DNA of 64,000 nt from an uncultured Gemmatimonadales bacterium (GCA_963695555.1 CAVOGR010000007.1:795216-859215); one strand, 5' to 3'; positions 11,248-21,056 are shown, numbered from the stretch's first letter. Program-made: numbers and translations. The notes: generated by a model not told the origin, from the sequence alone.

Positions 11248-12038
11248 AGCAGTACCTCGATCTCTTGCGACATGTTCGCGATCACGGCCACTCTAAGAGC
11301 GACCGTACCGGAACCGGGACGTTGAGCATCTTCGGGTACCAGATGCGATTCGACCTGGCCCGGGGGTTCCCGTTGGTCACCACCAAACGGGTTCACTTCA
11401 AGTCCGTGGTGTATGAGCTCCTGTGGTTCCTCAGGGGTGATACCAACGTGCGGTATTTGCAGGAACATGGAATCCGAATCTGGAACGAGTGGGCCGATGC
11501 GGAAGGCAATCTGGGCCCGATCTACGGTCGGCAGTGGCGTTCCTGGCCGGCGCCCGATGGTAGGCATATCGACCAGCTCGGCCGCGTCATCGAGCAGATT
11601 CGACGGGATCCCGATTCCCGCCGTCACATGGTGTGCTCGTGGAACGTGGCGGAGCTTCCTGCCATGGCGCTCGCGCCGTGTCACGTCCTGTTTCAGTTCT
11701 ACGTGAGCGAAGGACGGCTGTCCTGTCAGCTGTATCAGCGGAGCGCCGATCTCTTTCTGGGCGTGCCATTCAACATTGCGTCCTATGCACTTCTCACCGC
11801 CATGGTGGCGCAGGTCACAGGCCTCGCTCCCGGCGAGTTCATCCATACGTTTGGGGATGCGCACGTTTATCGGAACCATCTTGCGGCCGTCGACCTGCAG
11901 CTGAGCCGCGAGCCACGCCGCCTCCCGACGCTCCGGCTGTCGCCGAACGTCGCGTCGATCGACGACTTCGCCTATGACGAGGTGACGCTCGAGGGGTACG
12001 AGCCGCACCCCCCGATCCGAGCGGAGGTGGCCGTATAA
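11244..12038 (+). CDS. thyA: Thymidylate synthase
   Basis: [40 protein letters not shown]. Confidence 0.97.
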   Translation: MKQYLDLLRHVRDHGHSKSDRTGTGTLSIFGYQMRFDLARGFPLVTTKRVHFKSVVYELLWFLRGDTNVRYLQEHGIRIWNEWADAEGNLGPIYGRQWRSWPAPDGRHIDQLGRVIEQIRRDPDSRRHMVCSWNVAELPAMALAPCHVLFQFYVSEGRLSCQLYQRSADLFLGVPFNIASYALLTAMVAQVTGLAPGEFIHTFGDAHVYRNHLAAVDLQLSREPRRLPTLRLSPNVASIDDFAYDEVTLEGYEPHPPIRAEVAV

Positions 12039-12547
12039 TTCTGTCGCTGCTCGTCGCCATGGCCGAGAACGGCGTGATTGGAAAGAACAACGCCCTACCC
12101 TGGCATCTACCCAACGATCTCAAGCGCTTCAAGGCGCTGACGTCTGGCCACTCCATCGTGATGGGCCGGCGGACGTTCGACTCGATCGGTCGGGTGCTCC
12201 CGGACCGGCGCACAATCGTGATCACCCGCAACACGGATTTTCAGGCAGCCGGAGCCGAGGTGGCGCACACCCTCGACCGGGCATTGGAACTGACCGCAGG
12301 CGAGGACGAGGTCTTCGTGGTGGGCGGCGCCGAGCTCTACCGTGCGGCGTTGCCGCGCGCCGACCGAATCTACCTCACGATGGTGCATGCCGCTGTAGAG
12401 GGTGACGTCCGTTTTCCGGCATGGGAGCCCCCGGCGTGGCACCTGGTGGAGTTCGTCAGGTTCGCGCCGAACGATCGGCATGCGTATCCCTATAGCTTTC
12501 GCCGCTACGAGCGACTGAAACCTGCTGCTCCGGCTCGAGAGGGGTAG
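12035..12547 (+). CDS. folA: Dihydrofolate reductase (probable non-AUG start ATA at 12035; first ATG at 12059)
   Basis: (I)[54 protein letters not shown] at 12023-12028. Confidence 0.93.
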   Translation: MILSLLVAMAENGVIGKNNALPWHLPNDLKRFKALTSGHSIVMGRRTFDSIGRVLPDRRTIVITRNTDFQAAGAEVAHTLDRALELTAGEDEVFVVGGAELYRAALPRADRIYLTMVHAAVEGDVRFPAWEPPAWHLVEFVRFAPNDRHAYPYSFRRYERLKPAAPAREG

Positions 12548-12720
12548 CGCACGGACGGCCCATCTTGCATCTCGGGACCGGGGTCATAAGACTTGAATCA
12601 GAATCATTGATCCAGAGGCGTTCGCAGGCGGAGCGAAGCGGTGTGAAGGACATGCCTGTCGAGCGTGCTGGCAACCGCCCGGTCGCTGCCGGGCGGTCGT
12701 TCTTTGAGTGTCCGGACCCG

Positions 12721-14388
12721 TTACCGCCCGATCGCAGAAGCCTGCGAATCCCGGGCAAGCGCCTGCCGGGGATCGATCGACCACTCGCTCAGGTGCGCCA
12801 GCCACGAATACGGATCGAGCCGCACCCCGCGGAGGCGGTGGTGGACCGCCGCCACGTTGGTGGGGCTATAGAGGAAAATGGCCGGCGCATCCGCATTCAG
12901 CAGACGCATCGCATCGCGCCACAGCGTCCTGGCTGCTTCGACCTCTGGTTCCTGGCCGGCCTGCCGGACGAGCGAATCGAACACCGGGTTGGCGTAGCGG
13001 CCGTAATTGAGCACCCCCCACCCGGCCCGGGTCCACTGATCGGAAAGGCCGCGCGGGCTCGGCTCGTCGAGCCAGGCACCGATGTAACTGTCGAACCGGC
13101 CGCTCCCCAAGCGCTCTTGGAAGACGGGGAAATCGACGGCCGCAATAGTGACCTCGACTCCGGCCCCGCGCCACATGGCCTGGGCCGCCTCGGCCAATTG
13201 CCGCCGGGTTCGACTGGTCGATGGCACCAAGATCTCGAACGCCAGCTTCCGACCGTTGCGCCTCCGGACGCCATCGGAGCTCCTGACCCAGCCACGTGCG
13301 TCCAACATCAGGCCTGCCGCCGACGTGTCATGGGGTAGCACAGCCATGCTATCGTCCCAGATCCACAAGAGTCGCGACATGGGCCCCGGTGGCACCGAGG
13401 TTTCCGGGCCGAACACCGATCGCGCGATGCTCGCCCGATCAAGTCCCATGGTGAGCGCGCGCCGAACGTCCCGGTCGCCCAAGACCGGATGCGGCAGGCC
13501 CGAGGGGTCGAGCATTCGGAACCCCAGGAACCCGTACACCGCGGACGGATAGGACTCGAGCCGAAACACCGGATCCCCGGCGAGTTGGGCTACCTGCGCG
13601 GGTCCGCCTGCGGCCTCCAGTAGGTCGGCCTCGTGACTCAAGAGGAGATTCACGGCCGCGAGCGGATCCTCGCCGAAGCGCCACACCACGCGAGGAATAC
13701 CCGGTGCATGCGAGGCGTTGGGCCAGGACTCGATGATGAGGAACTCGGGCCGGCGCCACTCGGCCAGGCGGTAGGGACCCGACCCGACGATCCGCGCCAG
13801 CACCGTATCGGTGGGCCATGCTTCGACAGGGACGTCCTGCCATACGTGACGGGGAATGATCCGCACATGGTAGGTGGCATCGTACAATTGCTCGGGAGAT
13901 GGTTCGACGAACCGGATGTCGACCGTGGCGGAGTCGACCACGAACGCCTCGAGCCTCCCCTCGATGGCGGTGCGTGCCAAGGCGTCGATGACGGGGTCGG
14001 CAAAGGCGGCAAAGCTGAACCGGACGTCCTCCGCCGTCACCGGGACGCCATCCTGCCAGAGAGCCCCCGGCCTCAAGTGAAAGCGCCACGTCAGCGAGTC
14101 GCGCCGCTCCCACCGCACGGCGAGTCCGGGTCGGTAGGCTGCAGTATCGATCGGTGCATGGCCCGACTCGAGATACGCCAGACGTTCGTAGATCTGGTCC
14201 GTGATGTCGCGGCCCACAGTCTCGAAGACCAGCGGCGGGAAGAGGCTCGATGGTTCGCCGGTGGCGGCGATTACCAGCGTGCCGCAGCCGTCGCAGCTCA
14301 GGTCGCGGCCCCGGCAGCCCACGGCGGCCCAGCACAGGCCAGCCAGCGCGGCTACCCGGACCCAATGTCCCCACCTGACTTGTAACAT
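12721..14388 (-). CDS. Peptide/nickel ABC transporter substrate-binding lipoprotein (family 5)
   Basis: Lipobox AVGC; FHLRPGALWQDGVPVTAEDVRFSF and GSGPYRL family-5 motifs; start approximate. Confidence 0.88.
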   Translation of the reverse strand: MLQVRWGHWVRVAALAGLCWAAVGCRGRDLSCDGCGTLVIAATGEPSSLFPPLVFETVGRDITDQIYERLAYLESGHAPIDTAAYRPGLAVRWERRDSLTWRFHLRPGALWQDGVPVTAEDVRFSFAAFADPVIDALARTAIEGRLEAFVVDSATVDIRFVEPSPEQLYDATYHVRIIPRHVWQDVPVEAWPTDTVLARIVGSGPYRLAEWRRPEFLIIESWPNASHAPGIPRVVWRFGEDPLAAVNLLLSHEADLLEAAGGPAQVAQLAGDPVFRLESYPSAVYGFLGFRMLDPSGLPHPVLGDRDVRRALTMGLDRASIARSVFGPETSVPPGPMSRLLWIWDDSMAVLPHDTSAAGLMLDARGWVRSSDGVRRRNGRKLAFEILVPSTSRTRRQLAEAAQAMWRGAGVEVTIAAVDFPVFQERLGSGRFDSYIGAWLDEPSPRGLSDQWTRAGWGVLNYGRYANPVFDSLVRQAGQEPEVEAARTLWRDAMRLLNADAPAIFLYSPTNVAAVHHRLRGVRLDPYSWLAHLSEWSIDPRQALARDSQASAIGR

Positions 14389-14397
14389 AGCGTTACA
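14381..14397. promoter_or_regulatory. Palindrome TGTAAC-N5-GTTACA, candidate enhancer (UAS) for the adjacent sigma54 activator
   Basis: Perfect 6-bp inverted repeat of TGT-N11-ACA form, about 100 bp upstream of a GG-N10-GC element. Confidence 0.5.
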
Positions 14398-14491
14398 CCA
14401 TGCTCTATTTCGTTGCATCAGACCGCGGTCACTGGCGTAGGTTCATGGACTTAAGATAACTATTCACAATGGTTTACACTATTTCAGCCCA

Positions 14492-14508
14492 CCGGCCTCA
14501 CCCTTGCA
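14492..14508 (+). promoter_or_regulatory. Candidate sigma54 (-24/-12) promoter
   Basis: CCGGCCTCACCCTTGCA: GG at 14494-95, exactly 10 nt, then GC at 14506-07 (TTGCA); AT-rich tract with an IHF-like CAA-N4-TTA upstream. Confidence 0.5.
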
Positions 14509-14554
14509 AGAACCATCCTCATGCGAAGATACGACCAGGGGCCGGGGTGGGGCG

Positions 14555-14662
14555 GTGCCGCCCAGCCTGGGGGCTCTCAAAGGTCGTGCTTTTTGGGACG
14601 AGGTCAACGACTTCCGCGTGCGCGCCGACAAGGACCGCGATTGCGACAGCCACGATCACTAA
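14555..14662 (+). CDS. Putative 35-aa peptide (MPPSLGALKGRAFWDEVNDFRVRADKDRDCDSHDH), not in ORF track
   Basis: GTG start, TAA stop, mostly G/C-ending codons, located between the sigma54 motif and the activator gene. Confidence 0.4.
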   Translation: MPPSLGALKGRAFWDEVNDFRVRADKDRDCDSHDH

Positions 14663-14712
14663 ACACGATGCAGCGCTCGGCGCGAGTAAGCCCGAACCCT
14701 GCCGGAGCCACC

Positions 14713-16050
14713 ATGGCCGATCCTAAGCCATGGATCACGGTGGTGCGGCTGTCGGACAGCTTCTGGACCACGATCCGGGAGCTGACCGGTGAACTCGGAG
14801 CGACCTCGCTGGAATGGGAACCTAGCGGCAGCGATGCGCCGCCGAGCGGCGGGGCGGCCATGGTGGTCCTGGCAGGCGGAATGGAGGCGGACGCGTTGGA
14901 GTTGCTCGATCGGCTGGGGCAAACGGATGGTGGTCCATTCGTCGTCGGGGCGACTGAGGATCACCGCCTGGCGAGCGGTCTCCTTCGCAAGGGCGCGCGG
15001 GATTATTTCGCGCTGCCGGCCGATCTCGATTTGCTCCGCCGATCGCTCGAGCGCGAGCTTCGCAGCGCAAAGGGGCGGGTGGAGGCGGAGCGGTACGCCT
15101 CAGATGAACGGCGAACGCGCGGTTTCGAGTCGATCATCGGCCGGAGCAAGGCGGTACGCCAAGTCATCGATCAGGCGGCTCGCGTAGCGGTCCACGGTGA
15201 GGTGACGGTGCTGATCGGCGGCGAGACTGGAACCGGCAAGGAGTTGTTGGCGCAGGCCATTCACTACCATAGCCCTCGCGCCGCGGCTCCGTTTGTCCCG
15301 GTCAACTGTGCCGCGATTCCGGCCAACCTACTGGAGAGCGAGCTGTTCGGCCACGAGCGCGGCGCGTTCACCGGTGCGGTTGCCGCTAAGCAGGGACTGT
15401 TCGAGGCCGCGCACGGCGGCACGCTGTTCCTCGACGAGATCGGACACATGCCGCTCGAGCTTCAAACCAAGTTGTTGCGGGCGCTCGAAAACGGCGAAGT
15501 GCGCCGCGTCGGCGGGCAGGCCAGCCGGCAGGTGAACGTGCGGGTGCTGGCAGCCACACATGTGAACCTGACCAAGGCCATCGCGGCAGGCATGTTTCGC
15601 GAGGACTTGTACTATCGATTGAACGTGGTGGCGTTGGAGCTGCCCGCCCTTCGCCATCGTGATGGCGACATCGAGCGACTGGCAGAGGCCTTCTTGAGCC
15701 AGCTCGCAACGCGCTACCGTGTCCCCGTGCCGCCACTCACGCCGGAAGTCCGGCAGCGATTGGCGGACCATTCCTGGCCAGGGAACGTTCGGGAGCTACG
15801 CAATGCGATGGAGCGCGCCCTGGTGCTGTCGCCGCCGGGGACGCTTTCGATCGACGAACTCCGGTTGGAGGCGGACGCGGGTGACCCGCCAGCAATGGGG
15901 CCGCTGCCCTTTCCCGCCGACCTCGAGACCATCACCCGCGCCGCCGCCCGGGCCATGCTCGAGTTGACCGGGAGCAATAAAAGTGAAGCGGCCCGGCGGC
16001 TTGGCATTTCACGCCCGCGGCTCAACCGCCTCTTGGACGATGACTCGTAA
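14713..16050 (+). CDS. Sigma54-dependent Fis-family transcriptional activator with degenerate N-terminal receiver-like domain
   Basis: [50 protein letters not shown]-terminal HTH; GGAG SD before ATG 14713. Confidence 0.93.
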   Translation: MADPKPWITVVRLSDSFWTTIRELTGELGATSLEWEPSGSDAPPSGGAAMVVLAGGMEADALELLDRLGQTDGGPFVVGATEDHRLASGLLRKGARDYFALPADLDLLRRSLERELRSAKGRVEAERYASDERRTRGFESIIGRSKAVRQVIDQAARVAVHGEVTVLIGGETGTGKELLAQAIHYHSPRAAAPFVPVNCAAIPANLLESELFGHERGAFTGAVAAKQGLFEAAHGGTLFLDEIGHMPLELQTKLLRALENGEVRRVGGQASRQVNVRVLAATHVNLTKAIAAGMFREDLYYRLNVVALELPALRHRDGDIERLAEAFLSQLATRYRVPVPPLTPEVRQRLADHSWPGNVRELRNAMERALVLSPPGTLSIDELRLEADAGDPPAMGPLPFPADLETITRAAARAMLELTGSNKSEAARRLGISRPRLNRLLDDDS

Positions 16051-16084
16051 ACGCCCCACGGGGCCTCGTGTGAAGGATATGGTT

Positions 16085-16717
16085 ATGCGCACCTGGAATA
16101 CGCGATTCCTCCTGCCCCTGGGCGTCGTCGTTGCGTTTGCCGTCGGCTGCGGCGACTCGAACGGCTCGGGACCCAACCCGCCGCCCGAGCAGCGGCCGCC
16201 CGCTGCGCTCAATATCCTGAAATTGGCGCAGGCGAGCCCGCCGGTCTTCAATCCGGTCGAGACGTTCTGGGCCAAGAAAGGCGAGCAGGCCGAAGCGCGC
16301 ATCTATTTCCAAGACGCCGTGGGAGGCCAGGGTGAGGAGTACCTCCGGCTCCGAATCGATGACATCTCGCTCGAGACGCTGCCCAACGGCACCCCGATCG
16401 CCATCGGGGATTCGGTGCTCATCACCATCCGCTCGGTGGATCCGACCCGGATCCTGTTCGAGCTCGAGCCCACCGGCCTCCAGTTCAACCCACTCAAGCC
16501 GGCCGAACTGGACATCAAATACCAGGAGGCGGACGACGACTTCAATGAAGACGGCGTGGTCGACCTGGAAGACGAGGCGATCGAAGACATTCTGGCCATC
16601 TGGCGGCAGGAGAACCCGGGGGATGACTTCGTCAAGATCGGCTCGTTCCTGATCGAGTCGCTCGAGGAGATCGAGGCCGAACTCACGGGCTTCAGCCGCT
16701 ACGCCATCGCCTACTGA
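16085..16717 (+). CDS. Lipoprotein with ZU5-like C-terminus and a Ca-binding-like loop
   Basis: Lipobox AVGC; LEPTGLQFNPLKPAELDIKY...ELTGFSRYAIAY; DFNEDGVVDLED loop. Confidence 0.7.
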   Translation: MRTWNTRFLLPLGVVVAFAVGCGDSNGSGPNPPPEQRPPAALNILKLAQASPPVFNPVETFWAKKGEQAEARIYFQDAVGGQGEEYLRLRIDDISLETLPNGTPIAIGDSVLITIRSVDPTRILFELEPTGLQFNPLKPAELDIKYQEADDDFNEDGVVDLEDEAIEDILAIWRQENPGDDFVKIGSFLIESLEEIEAELTGFSRYAIAY

Positions 16718-16734
16718 CCAAGGACTACTGACCC

Positions 16735-17730
16735 GTGACTGTACACCCCTCCGCCAACGATCCCAGCCGCGCCCTGCGGGATCTCGTGGCGGCCGGGCGC
16801 TTCCAGGAAGCCCTCGAGGCATTCGGAACCGGGAGCGGCGCGTCGCTCGATCGCGAACCGGGCATGCTCCTGCTCGCGGCCAAGGCGGCCACGCGGGTCG
16901 GACGGCTCGATCTCGCAGCCACCCTGGCCGCGCGGGCCCTCGAGGAATTCACGTCCAAGGCCGATGCCGACGGGCGGTTGCAGACGACCAACCTGCTCGG
17001 CGCCATCGCGTTCGAGCGCGGCTTCATTGCCGACGCGGAACATCACTTCGGGCAGGCGCTGCTCTTGGCCCAAGAATTGGACGACAGCCTGGTGGCGGCG
17101 CGCGCCAGTAACAATCTGGCTTCGGTGGCCCACTTGCGGGGTCGGCCGGATCTGGCCTTGAGCCTCTATCGCAGCGCGATGCTGTCGTATCAACGATTGG
17201 GCGACCGCCGCGGCACGGCGGAGACCTACCACAATCTGGGTCTCACGTTCCGTGACATGGCCGCGTTGGGCGACGCGGACGATGCCGCAACGGAGGCGGT
17301 GCGGCACGCGTCGATGGTCGGGGAGAAGGCGCTGATGGCGCTCACGCTCATGGGCCGGGCCGAAGTGCACCTGGCCAAGGACGACGTGCGCCTGGCCGGG
17401 TCGGAACTGGAGCAGGCCTGGAAGTTTGCCACGGAGGCCGGCGACGAACTGGGCACGGCGGAGGTTGGCAGGCTTCGCGCCCTCGTCGCGCTCGAAGAGG
17501 GCAAGTTTGCCGAGGCGCATCGGGCGGCGGAGGCCGCCCGAACCATCGCGGCCGGCTATGGCAGCACCTTACTCCAGGCCGAATCCGCGATGGCATCCGC
17601 CCGTGCGCTCCACGCCCTCGGCGACGTGCCGGCCATGGCGGAGCGGCGCGACGAGGCCAAGCGTCTCTTCGAATCGCTGGGTGCCAAGGCGCTGCTCGAC
17701 GAGCTCGAGCGCGTGCTTCCCTCGTCATAA
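16735..17730 (+). CDS. Tetratricopeptide-repeat protein
   Basis: Repeated TPR-like helices (TNLLGAIAFERG, SNNLASVAHLRG, YHNLGLTFRDM). Confidence 0.85.
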   Translation: MTVHPSANDPSRALRDLVAAGRFQEALEAFGTGSGASLDREPGMLLLAAKAATRVGRLDLAATLAARALEEFTSKADADGRLQTTNLLGAIAFERGFIADAEHHFGQALLLAQELDDSLVAARASNNLASVAHLRGRPDLALSLYRSAMLSYQRLGDRRGTAETYHNLGLTFRDMAALGDADDAATEAVRHASMVGEKALMALTLMGRAEVHLAKDDVRLAGSELEQAWKFATEAGDELGTAEVGRLRALVALEEGKFAEAHRAAEAARTIAAGYGSTLLQAESAMASARALHALGDVPAMAERRDEAKRLFESLGAKALLDELERVLPSS

Positions 17731-17732
17731 AG

Positions 17733-17768
17733 AGGGCGTCCCGCGCCGTGGGGGGCGCGGGACGTCCT
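17733..17768. terminator. GC-rich hairpin between convergent genes
   Basis: AGGGCGTCCCGCGCC / GGCGCGGGACGTCCT 15-bp stem with one G-T pair; no clear U-tract. Confidence 0.55.
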
Positions 17769-17792
17769 GCGTCGCAAGGTGATTCGCTCGGG

Positions 17793-19838
17793 CTAGGTGT
17801 TGACCAGCTCGGGCTTCTTTGATTCCGTCGCGACCTTGGCAGCCACGTCAGGCGGCGCCTCGACGTAGCCGTGGAACGATTTCCGGAACGTGCCACGGCC
17901 GTGCGTAATGGAGTGGAGGTCGGTAGAGTACTTGTACAGCTCCGCCTCCGGCACGATGGCCTTCACCTTGACCAACCGGCCGTCGGGCTCCGTACCGAGG
18001 ATCTGTCCCCGCCTGCCACTCAGATCGCCCAGGACATCGCCCAGGACTTCATCGGGCGCCCAGATCTCCAGATCCTGCAGTGGCTCGAGCAGCACTGGTC
18101 GACACATCGCGGACACATTCCGAAACGCCAGGATACCGGCCATCTTGAAAGACATCTCGTTGGAATCCACGTCGTGGTACGATCCGTCGTAACATTCGGC
18201 TCGAAAATCAACCAACGGAAACCCGGCGATCGGGCCACGCTGCGCGGCCTCTTGGATGCCTCGGTCCACGGCTGGGATGAACTTCTTGGGGATCACGCCG
18301 CCGACAATCTTGTCGGCGAACTCGTAGCCCGACCCGTGGGCCAAGGGTGCCAGCCGGATCCAGCACTCGCCGTATTGGCCACGGCCGCCGCTCTGCTTCT
18401 TGTGTTTGCCTTGGCCTTCGGCCTTCCCCTTGATCGTCTCCCGATAGGCCACTTTGGGGGGAATCAATTCCGCGTGGACACCGAATTTCCGTTCGAGCCG
18501 TTTGAGCAGGATCTCGAAGTGCCGCTCCCCCATGCCATGCATCAAGGTTTGGCTCAATTCGGAATTGTACTCGAAGTGGAAGGTCGGGTCTTCTTCATGC
18601 AGCTTGTGTAGCCCGCTCGCGAGCTTGTCCTCCTCGCCACGCTGCTTCACCACCACGGCGGACGTGGCCACCGCGTCGGGAAACGGGATGGGGTCGAGGT
18701 GGACCGGGTGCTCCACCAAGCAGAAGGTGTCGTTGGTGTGCGTGTCCCGCAGCTTGGCGACGGACCCGATGTCGCCCGCCTGTAGCTCCGGAACCTCGAA
18801 GCGCTCCTTGCCTTGTTGGATGGACAGGTGGTTGAGCTTCTCGGTGACCTCGTGCTCGGCGTTGAACACCTCGTCGCCGTTGCGGATCGTGCCCCGGTAA
18901 ATGCGAAAAAACGATACGTCCCCCACATGGGGCTCGGACATCGTCTTGAACACGCGGCCAACCAGGGGCGCCTCGGCCGGAGCGGCCACTTCGGCCGGCG
19001 ACGGCAGGAGCTCGACGATCTTGGTCAACAGGGCCTGGGTCCCGTAGGTCAGCTCGCCGCTGCCCACGAAGAGCGGCACGATCTCGCCTTCCGCGATCGC
19101 TTTCTTCACCACCGCAATGACTTCGTCCCGGCCAATCGTCTTCCCTTCTAGGTAGCGTTCGATCAGCCGATCGTCGGTGGCCGCCACCGTCTCGGTCAGC
19201 AGCTCGCTGTACTGTTCGTAGAGGGCCTGATACTCGTCCGGGATGGCCACCTCGTCGTATTCCCCCGACTTGGTGCCCGCCTTGAACATGTGGGCCTTGC
19301 CCGAGAACAGGTTGATGATGCCGTGGAAGGTCGGCCCGTTACCCACCGGGATCTCTACCGGGAGGACCTTGGGTGACAGATGCTCCTTCACGTCGGCAAA
19401 CACCCGCTCGAAATCCGCGTGCTCCTTGTCCATGAGCGACACGAAGAGCAGTCGGGGTAGGTGGAGGTCGTCGCATACGTCCCAGACCTTCTCGGTCCCG
19501 ACTTCGACGCCGCCGGTCCCGCTCAACACGACCACCGCCGCGTCGGCCGCATAGAGTCCGGTAATGGCTTCGCCGAAGAAATCGGAAAAGCCCGGCGTGT
19601 CGATCATGTTGATCTTGGTGTTCGCCCACTCGGCGTAGCCGAGGCCGAGGCCGATGGAGTATTGACGTTCGATTTCGTCGGGGGAGTAGTCGGTGAGGGT
19701 AGTGCCTTCTTTAATCGATCCGTGGCGACGGCTGGACCCGGAAACGAACGCCAGGGCATCCACCAAAGTCGTCTTGCCGCTGGCGCCGTGACCGACGAAG
19801 GCCACATTCCGGATATGTTTAGGGTCATAGACCTTCAT
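17793..19838 (-). CDS. Elongation factor G paralogue (EF-G2 type)
   Basis: GHGASGKTT, DTPG, GMGERHFE, HKKQSGGRGQYG, GSYHDVDS; RQYSI and SLMD replace the canonical RGITI and NKMD; stand-alone gene. Confidence 0.9.
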   Translation of the reverse strand: MKVYDPKHIRNVAFVGHGASGKTTLVDALAFVSGSSRRHGSIKEGTTLTDYSPDEIERQYSIGLGLGYAEWANTKINMIDTPGFSDFFGEAITGLYAADAAVVVLSGTGGVEVGTEKVWDVCDDLHLPRLLFVSLMDKEHADFERVFADVKEHLSPKVLPVEIPVGNGPTFHGIINLFSGKAHMFKAGTKSGEYDEVAIPDEYQALYEQYSELLTETVAATDDRLIERYLEGKTIGRDEVIAVVKKAIAEGEIVPLFVGSGELTYGTQALLTKIVELLPSPAEVAAPAEAPLVGRVFKTMSEPHVGDVSFFRIYRGTIRNGDEVFNAEHEVTEKLNHLSIQQGKERFEVPELQAGDIGSVAKLRDTHTNDTFCLVEHPVHLDPIPFPDAVATSAVVVKQRGEEDKLASGLHKLHEEDPTFHFEYNSELSQTLMHGMGERHFEILLKRLERKFGVHAELIPPKVAYRETIKGKAEGQGKHKKQSGGRGQYGECWIRLAPLAHGSGYEFADKIVGGVIPKKFIPAVDRGIQEAAQRGPIAGFPLVDFRAECYDGSYHDVDSNEMSFKMAGILAFRNVSAMCRPVLLEPLQDLEIWAPDEVLGDVLGDLSGRRGQILGTEPDGRLVKVKAIVPEAELYKYSTDLHSITHGRGTFRKSFHGYVEAPPDVAAKVATESKKPELVNT

Positions 19839-19983
19839 GGTCTTCACCTCCAGGGCAGTAGGAATGTGGAGTTTGCATGCGGGACGGAGGGTTGTCAAAT
19901 GCCCAGGGGAGGACGCGTGCAAACCGCCCCTGAAGGCCGCCGTTTGGTACGCCGAACGCCCGGCGGTGGCCCAAGTTTGCACC

Positions 19984-20280
19984 ATGCGATTCGTCACCGA
20001 CTGGGTGCTGCCCCGCCACACCGCGGATCTCGAGGCACGGCTCGAGGCCGTGCTGCCAAAGCTCCCGATCCAGCGGCGGCGGGGTCTTCAGCGCCTGCTC
20101 CGCCAGCCACTCGAGTCGCGCGGCCTGAGCGCACTCCACGCCTTCGCCACCCTGGCGGAGGCCGAGGGGTGGCTCGACGCCGCGGAGGTCATCACCATCC
20201 GGAAGTTGGCGTACCGCGTATCGTTCTACCTCCGGCGGGCCGAGTCGCACGGCAAGCCGCGATCCCCCAACATGCCGTAA
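19984..20280 (+). CDS. Hypothetical protein
   Basis: 98-codon ORF with coding-like codon use, divergent from EF-G2. Confidence 0.5.
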   Translation: MRFVTDWVLPRHTADLEARLEAVLPKLPIQRRRGLQRLLRQPLESRGLSALHAFATLAEAEGWLDAAEVITIRKLAYRVSFYLRRAESHGKPRSPNMP

Positions 20281-20324
20281 CCGGCGGCGTCCATCTTTCG
20301 TGCCCAGCCTGTTAGTATTCCGGC

Positions 20325-21035
20325 ATGGCAGCCACATCCACCGCATTCGTCACCGGGGCCACCGAGGGCATCGGCCGCGCCATTGCGTTTGCGCTGGCTC
20401 GGGCCGGGTATAACGTCGGGGTATGCGCCCGAAACGAGCCGCGAGTCGAGTTACTGGTCACGGAACTGCGTTCGCTCGGCGTAGCTGCGGCCGGTGCAGG
20501 CGCGGACGTGAGTTCCGAACGCGATGTCGCCCGGGTCATCGGGCAGGTCGTCGAGACCCTGGGCCCTATTGAAGTCCTGATCAACAATGCGGGCATCGGC
20601 ATCGTCAAACGGATCGAGGATCTCGAGCTCGACGAGTGGGATGCGACAATGGCCACCAACGTACGTTCCTTGTTTCTCACCACCCGCCAGGTGCTCCCCG
20701 GCATGCGGCAGCGGCGCGCGGGGACCATTGTGAACATCGCAAGCCTCGCCGGCCGCAACGGATTTGTGGGGGGAACGGCCTATGCCGCCTCGAAACATGC
20801 CGTGCTGGGGTTCAGCCGGTCGTTAATGCTCGAGACGCGACAAGACAATATTCGCGTCATCGCCTTGTGTCCGGGTTCGGTCGACACCGCCATGCTCATG
20901 AACCAACCCTTGCTCGCGCGAGACGCCAGTAGCATTCTCCAGCCGGAGGACGTCGCCCATTTGGTGTTACAGAGCTTGGCGCTGCCGGTTCGGGCGCTCG
21001 TCAGCGAACTCGACCTCCGGCCGACCAATCCGTAA
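20325..21035 (+). CDS. SDR family oxidoreductase
   Basis: TGATEGIG, NNAGIG, YAASK. Confidence 0.92.
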   Translation: MAATSTAFVTGATEGIGRAIAFALARAGYNVGVCARNEPRVELLVTELRSLGVAAAGAGADVSSERDVARVIGQVVETLGPIEVLINNAGIGIVKRIEDLELDEWDATMATNVRSLFLTTRQVLPGMRQRRAGTIVNIASLAGRNGFVGGTAYAASKHAVLGFSRSLMLETRQDNIRVIALCPGSVDTAMLMNQPLLARDASSILQPEDVAHLVLQSLALPVRALVSELDLRPTNP

Positions 21036-21056
21036 TCACGTGTCCGTCGCCACGAG

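Noticed and set aside
14521..14712. N-terminal extension of the sigma54 activator from ATG 14521
   Set aside because: The extension is low-complexity and Arg/Gly-rich. ATG 14713 has a GGAG SD, and another frame here looks more coding-like.
19967..19981. TGGCCCAAGTTTGCA as a sigma54 promoter
   Set aside because: Only 9 nt separate GG and GC (10 are required), and it abuts the start codon.
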